Below are positions 37,698-46,509 of a DNA stretch of 64,000 nt, one piece after another; positions within the stretch are counted from its first letter, which is position 1; each line of letters opens with the position of its first letter. The position numbers were made by a program, and so were the translations under genes. The notes below the pieces were generated by a model, which saw only the letters and a list, made by a program, of their open reading frames with translations, had not been told where the DNA came from and searched no databases. The DNA comes from Pelagomonas calceolata. Lineage: Eukaryota. The stretch is taken from NCBI GenBank assembly GCA_918797485.1, contig CAKKNE010000003.1:1178001-1242000 (forward strand). Reading direction: 5' to 3'.

Positions 37698-38282
37698 ATG
37701 GCGGACCGCGGCCGCCTCAAGAAAGAATTAAGTGAATTACAAAAGGATACGAACGCCGGCGTCACCGTGACGCCCAAGGGCGACCAATTGACCGAGCTCG
37801 AGGGCACGATCACGGGCCCGGACGACACGCCCTACGCCGGCGGGTTTTATCGGATCTCCATCAGTATTCCTTCAGGATACCCCTTCGAACCTCCCAAAAT
37901 GAAGTTCCTCACCAAGGTCTGGCACCCTAACATTAGTTCGCAGACCGGTGCGATCTGTCTCGACATCTTGAAAGATCAATGGAGCCCGGCCTTGACGATC
38001 AAGACCGCACTGTTATCCCTACAAGCATTGCTCTGCGCCCCGGAGCCCGACGACCCGCAGGACGCCCAGGTCGCGCAAATGTATCAGCGGGACCCGGAGC
38101 AGTTCAAACAAACGGCCACCTTCTGGACGGAGACCTACGCGCGGCCGCCCGGCGACGAGAGCGACTCCCAGGCCGTCACGAAGCTCATGGAGATGGGCTT
38201 CGGGCGGGACGCGTGCGTGAAGGCGCTCCAGGACGCGAACGGCGACGAGACGGAGGCCATCAACGCGCTGCTGTCGGGGTAG
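37698..38282 (+). CDS. UBE2K: Ubiquitin-conjugating enzyme E2 with C-terminal UBA domain (UBE2K/Ubc1 type)
   Basis: YPFEPPK, WHPNISSQTGAICLDILKDQWSPAL and a UBA motif LMEMGF. Confidence 0.93.
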   Translation: MADRGRLKKELSELQKDTNAGVTVTPKGDQLTELEGTITGPDDTPYAGGFYRISISIPSGYPFEPPKMKFLTKVWHPNISSQTGAICLDILKDQWSPALTIKTALLSLQALLCAPEPDDPQDAQVAQMYQRDPEQFKQTATFWTETYARPPGDESDSQAVTKLMEMGFGRDACVKALQDANGDETEAINALLSG

Positions 38283-38352
38283 GTTATATATGTCAAAACT
38301 CTTTATTTTTTTTCGTGATCAGGGTCGGGGCGACGGCGTGCGGGGCGTTTAA

Positions 38353-38374
38353 GCTAGCGGCTTAAGACACTAGC
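38353..38374 (-). promoter_or_regulatory. Recurrent intergenic CTAG-TGTCTTAC motif
   Basis: Minus strand GCTAGTGTCTTAAGCCGCTAGC. Confidence 0.6.
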
Positions 38375-38546
38375 ACTGCTGGCAAGCCTGGCACACGCCG
38401 CTCTCGTGTCGTATACGTATCGTCCGCAGCTAGATCGTAGTAGCTGTTGAAACGAGTCATCATTTCGAACACTTGTGACAGGCACGACCGCCAAAATTGC
38501 AAGGCTGCTACGATAATACACTCATCAGCACAAAGAGGCTGCAGCC

Positions 38547-38900
38547 ATGTGGCACAATGTCATGCGCGCATTGCTGCCGTTATTTATTGTAACCCACGCG
38601 CTGCTGCCGCCGCGCGCACACATGCGACGAGTAGTCGCGCCCAGCGCGAATCCGTTCGATGAAATACTAGACGCCCTCGACTCGATGGTCGGCGTGAGCC
38701 CGCTCTCCGAAGCCGACATGAAGAGCGGTCTGACGAGCGAGGAGCTCGCGGCCCGCGCCGCGGCGAAGGCGGAGGACGCGCCGCCCGCCGACGCGCTCGA
38801 GAAGCCGTCCGTGTCGATCTTCTTCGCGCTCCTCGGGCTGTTCCCCGTGGCGATCATGGTCGCGGGTCTGGCGAACGGCGCGAAGCCGTTCGGCCTCTAG
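38547..38900 (+). CDS. Small hypothetical protein, probably plastid-targeted, with a C-terminal TM helix
   Basis: Signal-like leader, Arg-rich transit-like region and hydrophobic SIFFALLGLFPVAIMVAGL. Confidence 0.6.
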   Translation: MWHNVMRALLPLFIVTHALLPPRAHMRRVVAPSANPFDEILDALDSMVGVSPLSEADMKSGLTSEELAARAAAKAEDAPPADALEKPSVSIFFALLGLFPVAIMVAGLANGAKPFGL

Positions 38901-38932
38901 TGGGTAATGTAGGTTGTCACAGTAGTCTTAGC

Positions 38933-39870
38933 CTAGAACTCCGAGCTCGCGATGACCTTCTTGAGCTCGTCGGGCACGTCAGGTGGCTTCTTGATTTGCA
39001 AGATGAACGGCGAGCCGACGGCCGCGCGCAGGTCGGCGGAGTAGAGCGTCGTGCCCCAGACGCCCCACGTCGCCGCGAGTCGCTCCTCGTCGCTGAGCGA
39101 GGCTTTGTAGAACTCCGCGTCGTCGATGACCCCGTCCTTCGAAGCATCCGCCGCTTTCAAGTGTGCCAATGCGTTGCGCGCTTTCGCGACGTCGGCCGCC
39201 GGGACGCGCGCGAAAAAATCGCCGAAGCGTTTTGATGCTGTGCGCAGGGCCTCCGCCGCCGCAAAGCCGTCGTCGGCTTTCAGGGCCTTGCGCGCGGCGT
39301 CGATGGCCTGCCCACCGAAGACTACCGCGCCTATTCTCGCATTTTTATCATCCTCCACAAGCTTTTTGTCAAGATCATCATACGCTATCGACGTTGCGTA
39401 TTTCGTGCCGACGCCCAGGTAGAAGTTCTTTGCCGAGAGTAACCTAAGGTACGGGGGATTCTCGTCGTCGGCGCCATCGCGGCGACCGCGTCACGTTGAA
39501 TATCGATTTCCACTCGGGGCTATTGCCCCCCTTTGTTTAGCGCCTCGAGGCCGGCCTTGGCGCTGAGGCCGAAGCCTTTTTTCGCATCGTCGGCCCACGC
39601 GTTCACGGCGTCGTCGATCTCGATCATCGGGATCAGCAAGGTCCACGACGGCAAGCGCGCCGAGGGCAGTTCCGGTCGCGGCGGCGCGGCGGCGTCGACG
39701 GTGGGACCCGCCTGCACGGCCGGCGCGGCGGACGCCGGCACAGTTCCAAGCGCGAGCGATGCGGCGACCGCGATGGTACTGCCAAATGTGCGCCGCGAGA
39801 TGACTGGCGCGGTGCGACGCAGCGCAATGCAAGCTGGTAGGAGCAGCGCAGCGCGCAGCAACGATTGCAT
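38933..39870 (-). CDS. Hypothetical plastid-type protein (GC-AG intron 39444-39526)
   Basis: Bipartite leader with a TAT-like SRRTF and a hydrophobic segment. Splicing gives LNKGG|LLSAKNFYLG in frame. Confidence 0.65.
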
Positions 39871-39999
39871 CGTGCCAAGGGCTAAGACGTGACAGCAGCG
39901 ATGCAAATAAATCGCCTGGCTACTTTGCAGCTCTCTGGGTATCCAGCACAGGCCAAAAGAGCTGTGAGAGCTAGCGCTGCACGCTGGAAGCTGTCAATC

Positions 40000-40023
40000 C
40001 TAGTGCGTTTACGTGACGCTAGC
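40000..40023 (+). promoter_or_regulatory. Recurrent intergenic CTAG motif (variant)
   Basis: CTAGTGCGTTTACGTGACGCTAGC between divergent genes. Confidence 0.5.
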
Positions 40024-40221
40024 CACCTTGCACAAGCGCCGCGAGCGAAGCAGCGGCCAACACGCATCGATAGCGTCTCCGGAGGGGCGCTTGTGAGGCC
40101 TTGTGAATCCCTGCTGTATCGGCACGGTTGTAGGCGAGGCACGCGCTGCACCAGTGCACCGCTGCTAGTCACACGCTGCACGCTGTCGCCGCGCGCGCGA
40201 CGCTCACTGAGACATATAAGA

Positions 40222-41040
40222 ATGCTGACGATGATCGCACTCTTCGCAAGCGCATTGCGGCCCGCGCGCGCGCTGCTGCAAGCGCCAACGCGCTGTCGCG
40301 CGACGCGCCTCTTTGCCCGCCAGCCCGGCGGTCGCAACCCCGAGAAATTTGAAAGAAGTGACCTCACGATCACCGAATGGCCGCTGCCCGTTTTACGCAA
40401 CACGAACAACCCCGTGGAGGATTTCGACGACGAATTCAGAAGTCTCTGCAGCGAGATGATGGACGTCATGTATCAAGCGGATGGTGTCGGCCTCGCCTCC
40501 ACACAAGTGGGTATTGACAAGCGGTTCTTCGTCTACAACCCCACCGGAGATCGCTCACGGAAGGACTTCGAAGTGATTGTGGCAAACCCGAATATTTTTG
40601 AATATTCAGAGCAGACGGAGACCGACGAAGAAGGCTGTCTGTCGTCAAGGTCGGAGGAGTGCGCGGGTCGAGTGACGCGGTCGAGTTGGATCTGGGTCGA
40701 ATACCAGGACGAAGAAGGCCGGCAAAAACGGAAGAAACTGAAGGGCTTCGAAGCGCGGGTCTTCCAGCACGAGTACGACCACATCGAGGGCGTGCTGCAC
40801 TTCGACCGCTTCTCGGAGAAAGATCGCGCGCGCATCCAGCCGACTTTAGACATGTTGCTCGAGGCGCACGGGCCGGGCGGCGTGCTGGAGCTGTCCGACG
40901 AAAAGAAGGCGGCGCTCCAGCCGCCCCTGACAGCGTCGAGGATGCCGCCCGCGGTTGAAGCGGCGGCGCCCAAAAAAAAGAAGAAGAAGCCCGCGACGGC
41001 GGGCTTCGGGGGCTTCGGGGGCGGCAAGAAGAAACGGTAA
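40222..41040 (+). CDS. PDF: Organellar peptide deformylase
   Basis: GVGLASTQVG, EGCLS and QHEYDH motifs, with a targeting leader. Confidence 0.93.
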   Translation: MLTMIALFASALRPARALLQAPTRCRATRLFARQPGGRNPEKFERSDLTITEWPLPVLRNTNNPVEDFDDEFRSLCSEMMDVMYQADGVGLASTQVGIDKRFFVYNPTGDRSRKDFEVIVANPNIFEYSEQTETDEEGCLSSRSEECAGRVTRSSWIWVEYQDEEGRQKRKKLKGFEARVFQHEYDHIEGVLHFDRFSEKDRARIQPTLDMLLEAHGPGGVLELSDEKKAALQPPLTASRMPPAVEAAAPKKKKKKPATAGFGGFGGGKKKR

Positions 41041-41462
41041 CTATCTCTCTAGTGTTACGGCACGGATCTCCTCGCAGGAGAAGGGCTCCCAGCCGACTTC
41101 CCGCGCGGCCGCCACGAGCTCCTCGCGCCGGACGTACTCCTCGTGCGACGCATCCAATACAGCCACGCCGCCCGTCAGACTTTCGCGCCGGAGCGCCTCC
41201 GCCTCCAACAGGTCGTCCGCAGACGCGCCCGCGAGGTAGAGCGCGCGCCTGTGTGGAATTCAAACTTCAGGCGCCCGTTCGTGTCTGGTTGATTTCCACA
41301 CTGGCCTGCGCGTGAGGTCCGCCGCCAGCCGCGCCGTCACCTCGTGCTCGGCGCCGAACTCGCGCCTCGCAAGATCGACGAGCGGGCGCAGGACCGTCGC
41401 TGTCTCGGCCGGGTCGCCGCCGGCGTCGAGCGCCGCCGCGGCGCCCCGTCCCAGGCGAAACT
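41041..41462 (-). pseudogene. 3' part of a helical-repeat (TPR-like) family gene containing a mini-introner
   Basis: Spliced reading ARREFGAEHEVTARLAADLT|RALYLAGASADDLLEAEAL resembles the 56507-56713 fragment. The 5' end is unclear. Confidence 0.5.
41249..41303. mobile_element. Mini introner, 55 bp
   Basis: CTGTGTGGAATTCAA...TTGATTTCCACACTG. Flanks GCGCGCGC and GCCTGCGC match at 6 of 8 positions. GC donor at 41311. Confidence 0.85.
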
Positions 41463-41620
41463 GAGGGCTCGGGAGGGGAAGGCTTTTTGTTTTTGTCATC
41501 ACTTCCCTCTGAGCGGTTCTCTTTCGACGAGGGCGATGTCTTGCGTCTCGGCCACGATGGCGCCCGCAGGGTCAGCATTGTTGACTCGCGCCTTTGGTTC
41601 CCCTCCGTTTTTTTTTGTTT

Positions 41621-41644
41621 GCTAGTGTCTTACAGGCCGCTAGC
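41621..41644 (+). promoter_or_regulatory. Recurrent intergenic CTAG-TGTCTTAC motif
   Basis: GCTAGTGTCTTACAGGCCGCTAGC next to a poly-T tract. Confidence 0.6.
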
Positions 41645-41922
41645 CCGTGATGTTTTGGCAAACAGTATCTTAGACAAGCAGGTGCAAACAAAAAGGTAGG
41701 AAAAAGGACGATGCGACTCACTCGAGACCGCGACCGGCCCGGCGCGTCGAACCACTCCTACGTCGTCGGCGGAGTCGTCGCCTCGGGCCTCGGCGACGGC
41801 GTCGAGCTCAACACTCGCTTCCCTCGCCAGGCGAGCTGGCAGAAGAAGACCGCCGAGGCGTTGTCGGCCTGAGCATAGTGTTTATGTGTATATAATCGTT
41901 GCCAGAAACATTGTGAAGAATA

Positions 41923-42780
41923 CTACCCCCCACCACTTACGACGCATGCCCCGACCCCGAGCGTGAACGCGTTCCAGACCGCGTGCATCGACACGGGCAC
42001 CAACACGTTCCGCGTCTGCGCGTACAGGTGGCCCCAGTACGCGCCGAGCGCCGCGAGGAAGAGACTATTCGGAGAGACTCCGTGCCAGGCGCCGAAGGCG
42101 AGGCCCGCGCCTAGCACGCTCGGCGCGTAGGGCAGCCCCGCCCTTCGACAGGCCTCGAGCGCCCAGAACTGGAAGATCAGGCCCTCCGTGAGCGGCGCCA
42201 CGGCCAACTTCTCGGCGGCGTCCGAAAGATTCGGTAACTGCGAGGCGGAACAGGAAAACGCGCCTTCCGGCGCCGAGAGTAGCAGAGGCACGAGCACGAT
42301 TTGGATCGTCGGCACGCTCGCGCCGAGCGCGACACCCCACCACGGCGTGTCGCCGATCTTGGCGACGGGGATCGTCTGGGACGCGTCGAAGGCGTCACTG
42401 ACATCTGCTGGCGAGACGCCCTTCGGCAGCGGCAGCGTCGCCTGCGTCGCGAGGAACGCGCCCGTGCCCGCGAGCCGCACGGCGATGGGCGCGCCGAGCG
42501 CGCCTGATGCAATATGACACGCCGCGAACATGGCGCCGCCGCCGGCCACGTCCCGGACGCTCCACGGCTCGTCGCCGACGGCCGGCCACTCGAACGTCCA
42601 TTGCGTGTCCGACGAGCCGAAGTCGATGGGCAGTTCTCGCTCCAGCGTTTCGTCGTCGATGACGGCCGGCACTTCTGCGGCGTCGTCCGTTGCCTGGCGA
42701 CGGGTACATCTCGTGACGCGAGGCGGTGCACGCAAGGCAGCAGCAACAGTGCAGAGCAAAGCCAATGAGAGGCGCTTCAT
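41923..42780 (-). CDS. CPBP/Abi (type II CAAX protease-like) membrane protein, probably plastid-targeted
   Basis: APLTEGLIF, FGAWH and VSMHAVWN motifs, with several TM segments. Confidence 0.75.
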   Translation of the reverse strand: MKRLSLALLCTVAAALRAPPRVTRCTRRQATDDAAEVPAVIDDETLERELPIDFGSSDTQWTFEWPAVGDEPWSVRDVAGGGAMFAACHIASGALGAPIAVRLAGTGAFLATQATLPLPKGVSPADVSDAFDASQTIPVAKIGDTPWWGVALGASVPTIQIVLVPLLLSAPEGAFSCSASQLPNLSDAAEKLAVAPLTEGLIFQFWALEACRRAGLPYAPSVLGAGLAFGAWHGVSPNSLFLAALGAYWGHLYAQTRNVLVPVSMHAVWNAFTLGVGACVVSGGG

Positions 42781-43095
42781 GCTTGCGGCGGTGCACCCGC
42801 AACGTAGGCAGCGATTGAATAGCAAACGACTGCAAGCGCGCTTCCTGCGCCAATTACGCGAGAGAGCTATTGCAGTTTTGCTCTCAGCTCAGCTCTGCTT
42901 TGTGCAGCAGCTCAATGCGGCGATCGCGTAGAGCAGGGAGAAGTGATACACCACCGCATCGCTCCTCATTCGTCGCGAAAATACGGCTGCCGGCCTTTGC
43001 TGCTCGGGCGACGGCGGCAGCAGCAGCAGTAGCTGCAGCGTGCAGCCTGCGGAGCGACCACGGACGAAGACGAGGCGGAGCCGCAAGTGACACGG

Positions 43096-44826
43096 ATGGC
43101 TGCAACCTGCGCAGCGATCGTAGATGACGAGCCTCCGGAACCGCTGCGGCCGCAAAAGACGTGCTACGAAGTCAACGGCGTGACGCTGTCCGTCGACGGC
43201 TACGCCTACCGCCAGGACCCGCGCGGCGGCAACCTCTCCGCACACGGCAAGGCGACGGGCGAGGCCTTCTGGCCGGCGAGTCGCTTACTGATGGACCACC
43301 TCGTGCGGGACTGTGAATTGTTGAAAGATGGTAGGCCGCGACGCGTCGTCGAGCTCGGCTGCGGCCTCGGTCTGGCCGGTTTGGTCGCGGCGACGATGCT
43401 CGGCGCGACCAAGGGCAGCGAGTGCGTACTTACGGACGGCGACGCCGGCGTGGTCGCCAGGGCGCGCGCGTCGGCGAACAACGCTCGGGGCCACACGGCG
43501 CCCGTGTCCTGCGTCGAGCACCGCTGGGGCGAGCCGCACGACCTCGGGCGCTTCGACGTCGTCCTGGCCGCGGAGGTCCTGTACGACCCGGACGTAGCGC
43601 TAGAATCATCAAATGCCCTCGCGAAGTCGTGCGACTCGCTATTAGCCGACGGCGGCGTGGTTCTTGTTGCGTTCGAGCGCCGCGGTGTCGACCTCCAGGT
43701 CCTCATCGACGCTTTCGCCGCGTTTGGCTTCGATGGGGCGCCCGCGCCGTGCACGGACGGTGCCTACGAGGACATTTTCGAGGAGCGCCAGGACGAGCCG
43801 TCGATGCTGTGGCACCGATGTCTCATGTCGTTCACGAGACGACCACCATTCGTCGACCTCACGGATTGTGTCTCGGAGGAGGACCTCGCCGCAGTCTCGG
43901 AAGAGCTCGGGGCGCTCGGCGTGTTTGGGAGCGAGTTGGGCGAGGACGTCGACGTCAGTGTATTTGCGGCCGAGAGCCAGAAGTACGGCGACGCGCTGGA
44001 GCTGGCCGACCGCGACACGTCGTGCTGGTGCGCCGACGCGTTCGTGAGCCGCGGGCCAGTGCGGAACCGGCGTCCGTCTTCGACGTGACGCGTCGACGCC
44101 GTCGACGCCGTCGACGCGTCGTCACCATCGCAGGCGGACGATTTTAAGTTGTGCCGCGCTCATAGAGGTGATCCGAGGACCTGGCGCCCGAATGCGAACG
44201 CGACGGCGCTCCCGGCCGTCTCCGCCTTCGCGCGGCGCCTGCCGTGCTTTGCCGGTCGCGTCGGGAAAATTGCCGTAATCTTGAATGGGCGGAACGACGC
44301 CGGCGTCGAGCACGCCGACCACGCGCTGCAGGATCTGGTCTCCGAGTTCGTGTGGGTGCGGCCGCCGCGGTCGACGAAGCGGTTCTATGTCGTGGATAGT
44401 CGTGGCAAGAAGTGCGAGGTGCCGCCGTCGTGTCGAGTGTTGTGGTTCGATGATAGGCTCAAGCACGGCATCTTCCCCGTCGACGACGAGGGCCAGGTCT
44501 CAATTAGGATCGACGGGCGCTTCTGCGCCGCGTTCCGCGAGCGGATCCGGCGAGACGGCACGTTCGCCTTCGAGGAAGGTCCGGCGGTGCTCGCGGCGCA
44601 GATCAATGGACCGCCCTTCCTAAAACAGCGCGCCGCGGCGACCGCTTCTTTCGCGGCCGGCGACGCCGTCGAGGCATGCTTCGGCAGCGGCTCGGTCTGG
44701 TACCCCGCGACGGTGCTGTCCACGCTCGACCGGGAGGGCATGCCCATGATTGTGGTGCGCTACGACGAGGACGACGAGGAGGAGGAGCTCGAGCCCTGCT
44801 TCGTGCGTAAGACTACACTTGTTTAA
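43096..44826 (+). CDS. METTL21-like lysine methyltransferase with a C-terminal Tudor/Agenet-like domain (intron 44044-44133)
   Basis: TGEAFWPAS, VVELGCGLGLAG, LTDGD and FDVVLAAEVLY. The C-terminus reads FAAGDAVEACF...WYPATV...VRYDED. Confidence 0.78.
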
Positions 44827-44828
44827 AA

Positions 44829-46169
44829 TTATAACTCCCCGCTGGAATAGCGCCTCGCGCGCTTCGCGGAGGCGGCCACGTCACCCCCAAGGTTGTGCAC
44901 GGGCGGGCAGTGGATCGACTCGGCGACGCGGACGCAGCCCGTCTCGGAGCCGCGAGTTACCGTCTCGTAGGTTTTGGTTGTGGACAGCGTCACGGCCGTC
45001 GCCGGCCAGCGTAAATCGGGAATTTTTGCGTAGTCATCCACGGGCAGCACCCGAAAGATGTTGCCGTCGACGTGGCGCGACGCCTTGCGCACGAAGAGTG
45101 CCCGGTGCGCCTTGATATCTCCCAGATCGTAGGACCCAACATAATAAGGGCCCCAGGGCCGGCCCGTACTAAGGTGAGAAGGCGCCTCGTAGCGCTGCTT
45201 GTGCGAGGACCAGGGGTAGTGCTCGTCCATGCGCACGTACCAGACGCTTCGGAGTGGAACTTTTTTGCCCGAACCGGTCACGTCCGCCACAACCTCGACG
45301 GGCTTCGGCACGCGCAACCCACTCCGCATGAGCACGGTGGGGAAGAAGGTCTCGTCCGGAATATGTGGTTTGACTCTTCCAACACCTTCCACCACAACAG
45401 TCCCGTTGACGAACCACTCGCGCAGCTTGTGTGCGATCGATCCAGGGCGTTCTAACTCCGATATAACATGGTCACAAAACTCCCGCGTGACGACCATCCA
45501 CTGGCTCCCATAAAAGGCTTCCAGTGTCGGTTCACTGTTCAACATGGGGTGCGGGTAGGCCTGCTTCTTGTGCCACCCGTCGCCGAACTCGTTCCTACCC
45601 GTCGGTCTCAATCCGGTATCGCAGGACGGGCCCGACGTGACGAAGTTCAGGCCTTTCAGTTCCTGTAGAGTAGTGCGCAGTGCTGATGGTGTTAATACAG
45701 GCCACGCGTCTCCACTCAAGTTAATAAAAACATCCGCATCAGTGCCGAGCATCTGCGCCATGCCCCAGAGCGTCGGCTCGTTCATGGACCAGCGGCCCCA
45801 GGCCACGTCGGCGACCTGGGCCCACTTGACGTTTGTTCTTCCTTTCATGACGGGCGCCATCGTTTCGTCCGGCGTTCGGTCCGTGGGCCACTTGTACTTC
45901 TTGTCCACGTGGACAAAATAGTGGTGCTCCGGGTCGTAGATCGCACCCAATAAAAGGGAGGCGCTGTGCAGCGTCGGCGCGTCGTGCGCGACGACGAGGA
46001 AGGCGACGCGCGGCTGGTCTTCCGGGGCAAGTCTCATGACGACGTACGCCGCGCCGCCGAGGACGAGCAGCGCGATCGTCACCGCCAACGAGGCCATGAG
46101 GGCGATGCCGCCGGCCTTGCCCGTGGGCAGGCGCGGCAGGCCCTCCGGTGCTTGACGCCTGCGAGCCAT
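44829..46169 (-). CDS. Glycosyltransferase family 14 (core-2/I-branching/xylosyltransferase-like), type II membrane protein
   Basis: N-terminal TM helix, VAFLVVAH, YFVHVDKK, FINLSGDAWP, YGSQW..VTREF, PDETFFPT and LFVRK. Confidence 0.88.
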   Translation of the reverse strand: MARRRQAPEGLPRLPTGKAGGIALMASLAVTIALLVLGGAAYVVMRLAPEDQPRVAFLVVAHDAPTLHSASLLLGAIYDPEHHYFVHVDKKYKWPTDRTPDETMAPVMKGRTNVKWAQVADVAWGRWSMNEPTLWGMAQMLGTDADVFINLSGDAWPVLTPSALRTTLQELKGLNFVTSGPSCDTGLRPTGRNEFGDGWHKKQAYPHPMLNSEPTLEAFYGSQWMVVTREFCDHVISELERPGSIAHKLREWFVNGTVVVEGVGRVKPHIPDETFFPTVLMRSGLRVPKPVEVVADVTGSGKKVPLRSVWYVRMDEHYPWSSHKQRYEAPSHLSTGRPWGPYYVGSYDLGDIKAHRALFVRKASRHVDGNIFRVLPVDDYAKIPDLRWPATAVTLSTTKTYETVTRGSETGCVRVAESIHCPPVHNLGGDVAASAKRARRYSSGEL

Positions 46170-46306
46170 CTATGCACCGGCAGCGGTCAAACTTGCTGAA
46201 GGAGTTCACAGCCGTGCAAGTGCGAATACGTGCGTATTCTCTGTACGTGCGTAGCTCAGCCAAAATGCAGCGATTTTGTACTTTTTTTTTGCCCAAAAAG
46301 CTTTAC

Positions 46307-46328
46307 CTAGCGGTCGTAAGTCACTAGC
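46307..46328 (-). promoter_or_regulatory. Recurrent intergenic CTAG-TGTCTTAC motif
   Basis: Minus strand GCTAGTGACTTACGACCGCTAG between divergent genes. Confidence 0.6.
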
Positions 46329-46509
46329 AAACATTTAAAGCAGCCGAGCCGAAGCCGCCCGGTTTGGGATCATTAGCACGACGGGTTCCGTGTGACGTTC
46401 CGGTTTTGAGCCGCTGCAGCCGACGCCGAAGGAAGGGCAGCGATTTGCGTCCCACGTCCGTGCGACGGGGATACTCTAGCTTCGACATCGCAAGCAAGGG
46501 CAGCAAAAT

